From contig CP120462.1 of assembly GCA_034226945.1 (NCBI GenBank), forward strand, positions 620,001 through 684,000: a DNA stretch of 64,000 nucleotides, read 5' to 3'. Positions within the stretch are counted from its first letter, which is position 1, and each line of letters begins with the position of its first letter. This stretch comes from Picochlorum sp. SENEW3. Lineage: Eukaryota. Positions 12,370 to 24,892 of the stretch are shown here, in pieces. The position numbers and the translations under genes were made by a program. A model generated the notes under the pieces. That model searched no databases. It was not told the DNA's origin and saw nothing but the letters and a program-made list of their open reading frames with translations.

Positions 12370-13686
12370 TCAAGCGTCCCATTTCGAGCACGCTCCCATG
12401 CCAAGATCACCACAAAACTCTTCCTGGGTTACAGCCATTGCGCGAAACATCTGGCTGGATGCAGCAAGAACAGCACCTCCCCTGTACGCAACAGTCTCTG
12501 GATCTTCTGGAATACAAATATTCAATTCATAATCATCAGGAACAAGCGGACGAAGTTCCGTGCATAAACGCTCTCGTACACCCGGACACTTGGCAACACC
12601 CCCAATAACTAGAACATTTGAATACAACAGTCCATGAATGTTTGGATGCGTTGCCTGCACAGCTTGCATACACGCCTCTGCCAACCCAGCTTCCTCCATA
12701 CCGATATCAGAAGGATGAAACAACGCCTCTGGTACCATAAATCGCTCATTATTGACCACTAAAATCGGATCCTTTGGCCCTTTTGGTTGAGATTGATCCC
12801 GAATATACCCCCACTTTGATGTCACGCCATCTGGCAGAAACCATTCGATTCTATACGGCGACTTTTTACTCTTCGACTCTTTCAATTCTCTCTCTACATC
12901 CTGAGAAAAAAAGCACACCTCCTCTCTAATATGCTCCATCAGATATGTCTCCTTCATCATATTCATAGATCTATACGACACTAATTCCTTCATGTAATTT
13001 GTCAACGCCTTCCCACCCAAATCAATCCTTCTAATAGCACTCCTGATAGGATGCCAATCAAAAATAGGCACAATATGAGTATACGAAAATCCAATATCGA
13101 TGACCACACCAATCCCAGCTTCCATGGCACCCCCACGTCGCTCCTCTTTCGGTATAGATGATGCCATATAAAACATCGCTAACGTTGCCGGGTACATGAG
13201 CAGCACCGACGCAAACTTCATATCTTCTAAAACTAACTTCATGACAGCTTCTCGCATCGATGGCAAATTCAAATACGGCTCCGTAAGAAGAATCCCAGCC
13301 ACCCCTCCTCCCTTTGCTTTCTGCTCCTCCAACAGACTCTTAAAACCGTACCCCCAAATCTCCTTTTGAATCTCCCAATTAATGACATAGCCACGATCCA
13401 CTGGTCTTCTAAGGCTTAAAGACGATACATCCTTGATCTGCAGTATCTCTTCCCCCAAAATCTTTTTTGAAGACCCAGAGACTTTGCCAATCGCATTCGG
13501 AAACAACCTGAAATGAAAACACACATGCTCATTGATGGCACATCAACGATTCGATATATAGATTTAAAAATATATGACATACCTCATGGCACCAGAACCA
13601 GAGCCATCCTGTCCCACAAGGCCCAGTTTACACGTGCTTCCTCCAGAGTCTAAAACGACGACAACCTGCGTATTCTGTCCTCCCAT
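12370..13686 (-). CDS. ARP6: Actin-related protein 6 (SWR1 complex); 2 exons (13686-13583, 13507-12370)
   Basis: VVVLDSGGSTCKLG, RRPVDRGYVINWEIQKEIW, RRIDLGGKALTNYMKELVSYR, NERFMVPEALFHPSDIG, ELRPLVPDDY. Confidence 0.9.
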
Positions 13687-13854
13687 CACTATTTTACTAC
13701 AGTACTATACCATTACAAACTAGTGTTGCGATTATTATTGGTATTAGAACAGCTCAGAAAATTTCTCTCTTTCTTCTCATAACTCTTGTTTTAGAAGAAG
13801 GACACATCTTCTTCTTGTTTCAAGAAGGAAAGAAAACAAAACAAGGAACTGCTG

Positions 13855-15437
13855 CTACTGCCCATGCAATACAGACATTGATGCTCGAGCTTTGGGTAAT
13901 ATAGATATACTCTCCACCTCTCCACGGCAGAATGGACAGATGATGTCATCCTTTGGTTTCATACACAAGCTTGCAGCACAGGCAAAACACAGTTCATGTC
14001 CACAGGTTTCAAAAGACACCTCCATAGAGTCATCCATACAAATAGGGCAGTCTTCATGTACATCTGTATCGCGCGTGGCAAAGGTGCATGTTGATGTCTG
14101 CGGTGCACCTGCATCATCTTGGGGCATCTTGGCCGCTTCTCTGGAGATGGCATCAAGAGATGATAGTTGAGAGTCTTCTCGAAGGGTGCATTCAAACCCA
14201 TGCAAGACATCCCGTAGTGAGGACTCTTCATCCTCAAGCAGAGAGCGCATTTTTATTATTTTCGGGTAGGACAAGTTGGATATTCCATACAAATCCAGTA
14301 TCTGCGAGTCTGATTCCTTGGCAACACCTTCTGCTCTCCAATGCATAGCAATGTCTCGAAGCAGCACAAGAAGCCGCGCTTTCTGTAACACACCAAGCAT
14401 ATGTTGCCGCAATGATGATGGGAAATGACTCGATGAGGATCCATGTGCTGCTGGTGATGTCAACAACCTCTCTCTCCGAGGTGTGTCTACGAGTATCCGC
14501 ACAACATGATGATACCCTCCTAATAATGCACAGTTCAATGGAGTAAGCCCTACAATATTTCTAATACGACGCAATTCCAGTCCCGGAAATCTCCATTGAG
14601 CTTCTAATAATATCAGACATGTCTGTGCATCGCCCTGCGATGCTGCAATATGCAACGGTGTGGAACCACCACATAAATATGGAAGCCTGTCCAATCCCCT
14701 ACCAACTCCACAGTCCAACTGCGCCCCTCGAGTCACCAATACAATAGTCGTCATTTGACTCGAATTCAACACGGCAAGGTGTAACGCCGTCAGGCCAGTC
14801 GAATTCATAGCATCAATATACCGTGTTTCACCAACTCTATCAAGGACAATAGCCTGAGATGCCACGACTTCCCTCCCATCCGCAGGCGTCACTCGAGAAT
14901 CCAACAGTATCTCTGCGCACGCAGCATTCGCATACGCACATGCAAAATGCAACGGCGTATTCCCACGTCTATTCGCAGACAGGGGATTGGCTCCTTCTTC
15001 CAACAAGACCCTCAAAAGCGTCGTATTCCCATACTTTGCCGCCATATGCAGCGCTCCATTCCCAAATAAATCAACATCATTGATAAATCTATTGTAATCG
15101 TCACCTAAATGGTGCTCAGCAGCCCACAGCAGAGTACTGACGGTAATAACGTTGCCACCCTTGACTGCTGTCGACAGCAACGGTCGCCGTTTGAAAAAGC
15201 TCTTGCTAAAAATCGCTTTCGGAGTATCAGAAACAATCTGTGAAATCATGTATTGGGTATAAGGACGCATGAATTGAAGGGTTGCGTGGGGTAGGGTGAG
15301 TTTTTTTGAACCAAGCACCCACAACCTAGAGTTTCACAGAAACATCGACTGGCACGCACCTGTCGGATAGAATCCGTACTATTCCTATCTATAGCACGAC
15401 GGAGAGCCCTGTCCTGCCGAGACAGACCCTGGCCCAT
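13855..15437 (-). CDS. Ankyrin-repeat RING E3 ligase (XB3/XBAT-like); 2 exons (15437-15360, 15237-13855)
   Basis: N-terminal MGQGLS (myristoylation-like). Ankyrin repeats GNGALHMAA, GNTPLHFAC, GLTALHLAV, GSTPLHIAA. C3HC4 RING CPICMD..CGHELCFAC..CPFCR. Confidence 0.88.
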
Positions 15438-15890
15438 TCAAAGCGACTCTGAAAGAAAGACTCAAGAATTGTCAACAAATGTCTCTCTGAATTTATGAAA
15501 AAGTATCGGGTCTTGTACACCCCTGTCAACATGAGATACTACAGTATGTCTTTCTTTTGCTTATACGTGTTTACGAACTAGAAAGAGTTTATTTACGGAG
15601 AATCATTCTCCCTTGGATCAAAGGGCGACGTATCACAATCTCCTGGAGGGAAATCGATTGATCCCATGCGGCAGCATTCTCGTCTCCGTTGTCGATTTTA
15701 CATTCAAAATATACTCTAGTACTCACTTAATGGTACTCCTGTGTGAATCATGATGACAGAAGAACGAAAGAATGATTAAACGAAAGTCTTGGTTCATGCA
15801 TCCCAATCTGCTCCTCAATGGTAGCGATATGAGCCATCTGCAATCAGAATAGTGTTATAAAAAAATAATGGATGAATAAATACATACTTG

Positions 15891-16681
15891 ATGCACAGTA
15901 CATTGAGCCGATCGAATGGACCAGGAGGGTGGGTCTTGTGGGGTACCCATACACCACAGAGACAAAGGGGGTTGCGTGGTCATGTTTCTCGGAATACCGT
16001 CATGTGTCATGCTGTACATGAAGGAGAGATGCCGGAATATCTTAGGAGAGTCAAGGTACAGATGCCAGTGCATAAAACAGAGGGACACACGGATGGGAAG
16101 GCCAAGTTTAAGTTTCTGCCAGCCAAGGATGTGCGGCGGGCACTGGGGGTGGATTATGGGAGGAAGCATATTGGGGTGGCGGTGAGTACGATGGGATGGG
16201 CGCCCAGGCCGTTGCAGTTCATTCGGGGAGGGGGGATAGTGGAGCTTATGAGGATGGCGCAGGATGTGGTGGATGTGGCCATGGAAAAACGTGCGTGTCT
16301 CTCAAGTTGTTTTTTTTTTCTTCTCATTGCGCCATCATACAATATATATACCTGGTATGTATTGCAGAATGTGATGCTATTATCGTTGGGCTGCCAGTGA
16401 CACATCAGGGGAGTCTGTACAAGAGGGCAACTGATTCCCAGCAAGGGCGACGATGTCGTAATTTTGCACATACAGTATTAGCATTGAGTGATAAGCACTC
16501 TATAGGAGTATTTCTTGTAGATGAGAGGGGTACATCACAGCAAGCCGGGGCATTATTAGATATCGTTGGGTCGGGGCAGCGGCGCAAAGGGAGAAAGGAT
16601 TCTGTTGCAGCGGCACTCATCCTTTCTACATTCTTTGCAGACCCAGGAGCTGCACTACGCGTCCGTCTACGCAATCGATAG
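15891..16681 (+). CDS. YqgF/RuvX RNase H-fold nuclease (putative pre-16S rRNA nuclease), probably organellar; intron 16291-16367
   Basis: ALGVDYGRKHIGVAVS, IIVGLP, VDERGTSQQA, KDSVAAALIL. Splicing joins the two ORFs in frame. Confidence 0.88.
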
Positions 16682-16724
16682 AATTTAAATATTGTATAAA
16701 TAATAGAAATGTACAGTAAGAATA

Positions 16725-17603
16725 TCATGAATCAAATATGGAGGCACTCGACAGGGAATGTTTCCGGTTGCCAGATTGTTTGCTGTTGGCAGTCTGGTCA
16801 CGAGTGGATGAAGGGCTCCGTAACTGCCCGGCTGTCGGCAACACTTTTTTTGGCTGACAATGACGTCGTATCATTGATCGTTTCTGTGCCCTCTGTAGAA
16901 ACTGTTCGTGTGCCGTCTGTGAGGCTGGAGGAGGCTGGATACCAAGCTTTTGAGACAATCGATGCATTGTCCCCTGTCGGTTGCTCTTCAAGACATCTTG
17001 ATTCATACACGTACGTGTAGACGCAGACGATGACATACTTGCTTGCTTCCTCTTCTTCCCTCTAGAAAGAGATGCTGTATGTTTTGCGATGCGCGATGAT
17101 GCATGATCAAGCACATGGACACACCTGGACAATTTCTCTTCTTTCAAGTCACAAAATTTGGCCCGCAATGCCTCCCCCTTCTTCACAAGCCTCTCCTTCT
17201 TCCTCTTCTCAATATCTTTATACAACCGTTTATAGTCCAACGGAGGCACCGACGCCGACACAAGGTGGCGCAGAGGCGTCAATTCGTTCACCTTTCTGCC
17301 CTTTCTTGCATCCCCTCCAACTGTCACATACGTGCGTCGATCAATCCCTTTCAGTATCTCATTCTTCTTCAGAGTCGCCTTCATACTCTCTTTCACAAAT
17401 CTATACCATAGAGGCCACGTATCTTCGGATAGATCCCGACCAGAGTGACCTCGTGCAGTCGATGTTTCGATCCTGTCCAGCCCCTCCGCGTCGCAAGCAA
17501 CCAAAACTGGCTCCAAGAGACCCAACGGCGCATCTCCGATATCCCCAAGGGATCCTTTACACTCTTTAAGTTTCTTTAATGCCAGATCCGCCAATGCCTC
17601 CAT
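16725..17603 (-). CDS. Elongin A (SIII subunit A)-like domain protein
   Basis: MEALADLALKKL (BC-box-like) followed by SLGDIGDAPLGLLEPVL..LDRIE..TWPLW, with a basic C-terminal tail. Confidence 0.65.
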   Translation of the reverse strand: MEALADLALKKLKECKGSLGDIGDAPLGLLEPVLVACDAEGLDRIETSTARGHSGRDLSEDTWPLWYRFVKESMKATLKKNEILKGIDRRTYVTVGGDARKGRKVNELTPLRHLVSASVPPLDYKRLYKDIEKRKKERLVKKGEALRAKFCDLKEEKLSRCVHVLDHASSRIAKHTASLSRGKKRKQASMSSSASTRTCMNQDVLKSNRQGTMHRLSQKLGIQPPPASQTAHEQFLQRAQKRSMIRRHCQPKKVLPTAGQLRSPSSTRDQTANSKQSGNRKHSLSSASIFDS

Positions 17604-17937
17604 GTCTACCGCAGCAATTATGGCCAACTCGTTAGAAATTCAATCTTTTTTCCTCTCTCTCTCTCTTTATGAACAATTTGGACACGGCTACTCTACCTCA
17701 CGCCATGATCAGAGTATCGCAATAGAAGAAAAACAGAATTGAACGCCAAAGAGGAGGAGTTCCATGGCACGCAATCACAAGACGATCGAGATCGTCTTCT
17801 TTGTTCTTTTTACAGAGTTTCGAAACTGAGATGAATCATTCTCAGCACCTGATCACTGCACTCCTCCTACTACTACGATTCAAGTTTTGCTCTTATTATA
17901 TTACACGACTAATCCTATAATCCTAGGAGTACTACAT

Positions 17938-18731
17938 TTATATCACTCCAATCTTGTTTGCAACATCAAGGGCATCATAATCTGGCTGAAGACGAACAAA
18001 TGCCTTTTTCAGACCATCTGGTCGGATCAGAGTATTCACCTTTTTCGTCTGAATGTCATACAGGCGGGACACAGCGTCCTTGATCTGCTTTTTGTTGGCA
18101 CGGGTGTCAACAATAAATACAAGTGTGTTGTGGTCCTCAATCTTCTTCATAGCAGACTCTGTGGTGAGAGGGTACTTGATAATAGCAAAGGCATCCAACT
18201 TTTGGAGCTTTGGTGCACTGCAGCGTGTGTAGAAGCCAGAATGAGATACATGGCATCATTCGAGTTCAAAAATCAACAAAAAGAATACCATACCTGACGC
18301 GAGGAACCTTTGGGCTGCGAGTACGCTTGAGTGTCTTTGGTCTGTGGAACACCACGCTATACCTAGGCTTCAAAGCCTTCTTCCACTGGCTCTTCTTGAC
18401 AGACTTGGCCGCCTTGCGGGCCTTTTCGTTATTTCCTGCAATATTACAAACAAGTAGATGAGCGATTGTGGACCCGAGTGGCGGCAAGAAACAGCAATCG
18501 TCGCGAGTCGGCTGGGGCGGCTAGACAGGCAATGGGACATGACTGCGTCTCTGTCTCTGATTTCCCGCCCTATATATTCTTATGAATATACTGTATCTAT
18601 TAGGCAGCGTGGTCTGTGCTATTGTGCTGATGAGAAAGAAGCGCTGTTTTCTTTCACATTCCCATGCGATGTCTGCTCGCCGTTCGTCGTCTCTGGCCAT
18701 GAAATGCATCGAGAGTGTACATACCTGCCAT
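17938..18731 (-). CDS. RPL23A: 60S ribosomal protein L23a (uL23); 3 exons (18731-18725, 18435-18294, 18217-17938)
   Basis: [69 protein letters not shown]. Canonical splice sites. Confidence 0.96.
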
Positions 18732-18926
18732 TCTATTGCTGACTTATAAAATTACAATACAAAGTGATGGAATCGGTGGCGGTGGAATGGTTGAGACAGC
18801 GTCGTTGAATGCCGGCAGAGGCGGGATTCTGTGGTCTCCCATCGCATCATGATTTGATAGGACCATTGTAGATGGCAGGTCTGGTGCTCCTGCTGAGCGT
18901 CATGAATGTACTCTTTACATGGCAAT

Positions 18927-21647
18927 TTATATTCTCTTGGTTGTGGATGGTGCACTCTTCTTGTTCTTCCATGCTGGAGTGACTCCTGATTTGATGGATG
19001 CGCAGTATGTTGCCCAGATCTCCTTGTACTTTGGTAGAGGCTTGGAGTCATCATCATACCCATCTGTTTGGCAATTCCAGCCACATCGAATGCATAGTGC
19101 ATCCCAATCATCTGATGTCCACCATGGATTACCGCATTTGAGGCATGGCATTTTGGGGAAATAGTGAACGAGATTGCCGTTTGGTGTCAGTTTTGTGGTG
19201 CCTGATCGATTCTGCTTTCCCTGTGGGGGATCATATATGCTTGGCGATGGGTGACTCGTCGTTTTCTTGGAGGGGAATGCTGGTGTAGTTTCTGCTGGTA
19301 GAGTGCGAAATTCCTGTGCAAGTGCATCACGAACCTTGTCTGGGCCATCATATTTCTTGTCTACTTTCATGTTGCTAAATACCAAGAGGCTGGGTCCCTT
19401 TTTCACACCGAGGGCTTTGGCCAAGGCTTCATTTCCAGGTGATGCACCGACGGCGGCTATGAAGAGATTATTTGTATCTGGGCGGATAATGGTGATGGAC
19501 TCGAGGGCTTTGAGGATCTTGAGAGGAATGCCACCTTCTTCCCAGAGGATGTAGAGGCTTTTCTTTTCCTTTGCAAAGTTTTTCAAGAGCTCTCGCAGCT
19601 CGACAGCGCCATTCTGTAGGTATGGGAATGCAGAGGAAACGTCGCTCCACACACTCGTCGTCGTCTCAGAGGATTCAGGCTCGCTGGAATGGTCCTGGTG
19701 TTCTCTTCTCTTGCTGATTCTCTGCTGCTCTGTATATTCTGGAAGCCCAGATATGAGTTTTCGCAGCGTGTTCATTGCACGTCCTCCTGATATTGTCTCA
19801 ATTGGTTGTAAACTTGGTGCAGTATGTACAGTGAAGCATGGCCAACATGAATGGCCTTGTTTCAGAACAGGTTTGGCTCCTGGGCGGTTGGCCTCGGGCT
19901 TTTCCATCACCTTTTCCATGGCAAATGACCAATTTGGCGGATGATCTCCTATTTTGACATGTATCACAAGTGTGGATACCTTGTCTATCATGGAGCGTAG
20001 CTCTGTAAGAATAGCATCTCCCTGTGCATGCCATTCAGCATGCCAGTATATGATGGCTGTGGTTCCTGGCTCAATGGAATCTAATATATGCTGCGCCTCT
20101 GAAGCACCATCAGTAATTTGTACAACCTTTCCGAGAGGCATATACTCTTCATCATTATTCTGGTCATCATCCTCAGAATCAAGGGATGGCCATGCAGCAA
20201 ATGGATCATGCATCGATTCCTTACTTTCACCATCATCATCATCTGATATAAGACACCGGTTCAGTTCAGCTTCTAGTGCTTTTGCGTTCATCTCCATACC
20301 AATGAATGCAATTTCTTGCCTCCTCTGTCTTTGTGAGCCTCCCTGTCCGTGAGGAGGTGATGCACTCCATGGACCAGAACAGCAACACTGCAATGCAGCT
20401 CCTGACTGAGACCATTCCCCGCACAGATTTGGCCTCGTTGCGATCCAAAATACCCCCTTGGATCGTACAATTGTACCATAGGCGTCCTTGAACGCCTCAA
20501 AATCTCCAGAAACGGATGATGCTGTGGACTGACTCATGTCAACAAGAGCATCCTGTAGAGATTTCATCGATTCATTCAGCGAACGTATAGTCTTTGAGTT
20601 CTTATGAGCACCTCTTGAGACTAAATCAATGGCTCGTTTGATACTCTTTTCAGCCTCCTGCAGTGACAGTGTCACCTCTGCAGGAACAATACCATGCGCT
20701 TGTTCATATTCCACGTCCTCTTCTTGTCGCAAGACAAAATACTTGGTCATAAACTCGAACAGCCTTTTGGGATGAAATGGCTTGTCAGCTGAATACATAA
20801 ACGCACAACTACCATGTCCAGACGCAGTACTGTCTGTTGCTTCTCCAATTGGGAAAAGACCAACCTTACCTCTCCTGTTCATACACTGCGCCCACCCTGC
20901 AACATTCTCTGTCTTTTCATAATCAAACATGCCCGTCGCAACCACATCTTCAACACAAACAGCAGACTGCACCGTCTGAACAATCTTGGCTGATGGATTC
21001 AATGACCTCAACAGTGTTTCCAACTGAGATCCAGCATCCTCACTGTCCACCTTGTCAATCTTGTTCAACACAATCACATTGGCAAACTCAATCTGCTGAA
21101 GAAACCATTCAGACGCAATCTCCTTTTCTCCTTCTTCTTCTTCTTCATCCTCATCGACAGAAATCAACGTAGCATCCTCTCTGCAGGCAGCAACACAAAT
21201 ATACACATCATGTCATCCTGTTCAATCACTACATGATACAAACACACTGAAAAAAACAAAGGAAAGCAACGCAATGCAAAGAACAACATACATGTTTTGC
21301 ATCATCGTCGTCGCATCCACCACAGTCACACACGTATCCAGCGCCACACGATCATTCAAGCCAGTCATACGCAGCATATCTGCAACCCGCATAGGCTGAT
21401 GCAATCCACCACATTCAACCACCAAACTCTTGCACAATCCAGACGACACCACTCGTTCAATATCCCGTCGCAACTCATCCAACATGTCATCTCCCTCCTG
21501 CATGCGAATCATCTCCATCGACCCCACACCTACTCGTTGACCCTTGTCCTCCTCTTGAGCTTTGGCTAGTTGTGTCAACAAGGTCGTCTTCCCAGACCCA
21601 TGCCATCCACTCACCAGAGTCACTGGTATTCTATTTTTATAATCCAT
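18927..21647 (-). CDS. CobW/COG0523 G3E GTPase with CobW_C and an extended C-terminus (thioredoxin-like folds, Cys cluster); intron 21291-21181
   Basis: IPVTLVSGWHGSGKTTLL, VVECGG, LDTCVTVVDA, QIEFANVIVLNKID, KPFHPKRL, RSKGVFWIATR, RRQEIAFIG. Confidence 0.85.
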
Positions 21648-21784
21648 GGTAATACGTTGCCAACAGAAAACCCCTGAAAAAATCTACGAGAGACGCTGCA
21701 TGTCTCTTGTTTGCATGTCTAAAAACAGTATCAAGGAAGAATCCACGGTACGTTCGTCACATATAACTATCAACAAAATATTTA

Positions 21785-22573
21785 TCAATTATTTTCAGGC
21801 GTAGACAGCATACGTTCTCTCTCCATCACCCGTGGACTAAATTTGATCAACAGGGTCACCTTGTTCCTGCTGGGACCCTGTTGAACAGAGGTATTCTCCA
21901 ACGACGCCGGAATATCAGAAGACGCATCGGCAGCCTTGGCAGTGTCCTTTAGAGGAACAAAATGCGCCGTCACCCTGCATATCGACACGCATCACGATGA
22001 AACACCATTCCACATGTGTTGTTCCTCTACAGGACAAAGACACCGTGAAACAAGCACGCACCTCACAGTGTCAAATCCAGCCTCATCCAGCACACCCCGC
22101 ACCACCCCAGCCAGAAACGCATGACAATTAAACGTTCCCATATCCTTTGGAACACTCACATATCGACCCATCCACAGGTACACTTCATCATCGCTAATCA
22201 TATACTCATCATCAGCATCATTACTCTGCTGCAAATCCTGAGCCTGTTTCCCAAACAAATACTTCCACACCGTTGTATATATATACCGCAACACATCCAA
22301 TAATCTCGTATGCCTTGTCAGGTATGGAGATGCTAATTTGGTCACCTGTTTCGCATCGTAGGTGGATGACGCACTGCTGCTACTAGATGATTGAACCAGC
22401 TCCACCAGAGAACCACCCACACATCGACCCACTTCTTCCAATCGTCGCTCTAAATCACCCGTATTACTCACTTTTGACTGAGAATACTGAACAAGCTCGC
22501 TAAAAAGGTATGCAAAACTGCTCATGGAGACCATGCCATGTTTTGGAAATACCATGGAGGAAGAACTACTCAT
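21785..22573 (-). CDS. TRAPPC5: TRAPP complex subunit 5 (Trs31); intron 22061-21975
   Basis: VSMSSFAYLFSELVQYSQ, VWKYLFGK, DEYMISD, YVSVPKDMGTFNCHAFLAGVVRGVLD, R|VTAH, TLLIKFSPRVMERE. Confidence 0.92.
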
Positions 22574-22899
22574 ATTTCTTCTAGGCGGTTTTTGACGGCA
22601 TGATCCGTATGAATGAGGTTGCTGTTTTTCGTTTTAATAGTACTAGTACGGTACTAGTATTAAAAAATTAAAACGAGGAGTCGAGTCGAACAAGAAAAAA
22701 CATCATGCAACTGTTTTTTATATATCAGAATACGGAGTATTCTGTATTTCAAAGAATAAAAAACGCTTCAGCGGTCGTCAACGCGCAATCATCCGTTTGG
22801 ATGAAGCTGAACGAATGATCCAACCAATAATGGCCCATGCAACGACGCCTCCTAGCCATTTGGTTATACAATATACCACATCGTGTATCATAGTCCATC

Positions 22900-24582
22900 A
22901 TGATGCACCAGCAGATTGCTGATTGGTATCCAATGCTGGAAAAGGTCGTGTCAACGCCAACTGCATGGTTGCTGAGCACGGCCGATCGTATTGCTGTTAC
23001 AGTGGGTGTTCCCGAGGGATCACTGCCATTTGAGAAATACAAGGTGTTTATAGAGGCCATTCTGTTGTCTTTTCTGCTCTATGTGGTCCTTGGAGTCTGT
23101 CTCAAATTGGTGAGTGGAATTCTTCGATGGGGTCACGTGGCCTTGAATACCCGTCACGTGCCCAGTGTGTCATCTCTTGAGCACAGAGGCAAGGAAGGGA
23201 ATACTCTGAGGGCATTGATTGATCGGTACATTGTGGTTCCTTTGTTTGGACAGGCGCTGGTGTTGGCCAAGGGATGTCCATGGGAACACATGTATAGGTG
23301 GGTGACGGATCGATCGTTGGTCAAGTTTCGAGTGTTGCATCGAACTGGGATTATTGTGGGTGATCCAAAGGGGATGAAGAGGATTTTCCAGACGGGGTAT
23401 AAGTTGTATGATAAGGATTTGGACTTTAGTTATGGGCCCTTTCTGCCTATTCTTGGGACTGGGTTGGTGACTGCGAATGGCAAGCATTGGCAGAAGCAGA
23501 GATTGTTGATGGCTCCTGCGCTTCGTATTGATATGCTGGATGCTATTTTGCCTATTGCGAAGCGAGCGTCTGAGAGGTTGAGTGAGAAGTTGGAAACGCT
23601 GCGGGGGAAGAGGGTTGCAGTGGATATTGAGGAGGAGTTTCGGTTGCTGACGCTTCAGGTGATTGGAGAGGCGATTCTGAGTCTTGGGCCTAAAGAGTGT
23701 AATGACGTGTTTCCGAGTCTGTATCTGCCGGTGATGGAAGAGTCGAACAGGAGGGTGTTGGCTCCATGGAGGTATTTGTATCCGGTTCAAGCATATCAAT
23801 ATTCCAGTAGGGTGAAGAAGCTTGACACATTTATTAAAGGAATTATTAGACAGAGGAGAGCAGAGAGAAAGAGACAAGGAGATGCATACGTGCAGAAGGA
23901 TGTGCTGGACAAGATTTTGGACTCTGTGGATAAGGGTGGAACTGTGTGGAATGCAGCTGCCGAGACGCAGTTGTGTTATGAGATTAAAACATTCCTGCTT
24001 GCTGGTCACGAGACCAGTGCATCCATGTTGACGTGGACAATTTATGAATTGGCCCGTGGAGATGGCAAGGCGGCTTCCAAGGTGCGAGAGGAAGCCACAG
24101 CATTCCTGAAAAAGCCTGCCACGCTGCAGAGGGAGAATGTAGAAAAGATGCAGTGGACACTGTCGTGTCTGAAAGAAAGTCTTAGAAAGTACTCGGTGGT
24201 CCCAGTTGTCACGAGAGATTTGAATAAAGATGATGAACTGTGTGGTACCCCGTTGCCAAAGGGATCATGGATCATTTGTCATTTGCAGCGGGTGCATCAC
24301 CTGTACAAGGATCCATTGGCATGGAAACCAGACAGATTCATGCCTGGAGGAGAATACGATTCCTTTGATGATGAGATTCGACCGTACATGTTTCTTCCAT
24401 TCATTCAAGGGCCTCGTAATTGTCTTGGGCAGTATTTTGCGCTGATTGAGGCTCGTGTGGTCCTTGGGTCTCTGTGTGAGAAATTCTCCTGGTCCTTGGT
24501 CGACCCAAAGACGCAAGGAGTCACACATCCAACGGTCATTCCGATTGGACCAGTGGGAGGATTAGAAGTGTATGTGGAGTAA
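22900..24582 (+). CDS. Cytochrome P450 monooxygenase (intronless)
   Basis: N-terminal TM helix, WQKQR, I-helix FLLAGHETS, ExxR (KESLR), PDRF, heme motif PFIQGPRNCLG. Confidence 0.95.
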   Translation: MMHQQIADWYPMLEKVVSTPTAWLLSTADRIAVTVGVPEGSLPFEKYKVFIEAILLSFLLYVVLGVCLKLVSGILRWGHVALNTRHVPSVSSLEHRGKEGNTLRALIDRYIVVPLFGQALVLAKGCPWEHMYRWVTDRSLVKFRVLHRTGIIVGDPKGMKRIFQTGYKLYDKDLDFSYGPFLPILGTGLVTANGKHWQKQRLLMAPALRIDMLDAILPIAKRASERLSEKLETLRGKRVAVDIEEEFRLLTLQVIGEAILSLGPKECNDVFPSLYLPVMEESNRRVLAPWRYLYPVQAYQYSSRVKKLDTFIKGIIRQRRAERKRQGDAYVQKDVLDKILDSVDKGGTVWNAAAETQLCYEIKTFLLAGHETSASMLTWTIYELARGDGKAASKVREEATAFLKKPATLQRENVEKMQWTLSCLKESLRKYSVVPVVTRDLNKDDELCGTPLPKGSWIICHLQRVHHLYKDPLAWKPDRFMPGGEYDSFDDEIRPYMFLPFIQGPRNCLGQYFALIEARVVLGSLCEKFSWSLVDPKTQGVTHPTVIPIGPVGGLEVYVE

Positions 24583-24892
24583 ATGCATCAAGGCCACTTG
24601 TGTGGCGACCAGGCGGAAGGTGTGGCTCTCGTGTCCAAAGCGCTTTGCTTAAGCAACAAAATAAGGCGCCCTGAAGATTCAAATCAACAATGGTCTGGCG
24701 TTGTTGATCAAAATCGGCACATGCCACTCAGACTGCACATATATAAAATACGATTGTATTTATATTGATACCTTGACAATTTAAATCATTTTGTTGACTC
24801 AGAAGACTGACTGCTGTCGTTGTTGTTTCTTGAATCGATTGAAAACAACACGCGATACGAATTTTCTTTAAGAGATCGAGGCAAGCAAGACG

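Noticed and set aside
23170..24009. 279-aa antisense ORF inside the P450 (and similar antisense ORFs in carB, WRAP73, HECT, M32)
   Set aside because: Shadow ORFs from codon bias; no recognisable motifs.
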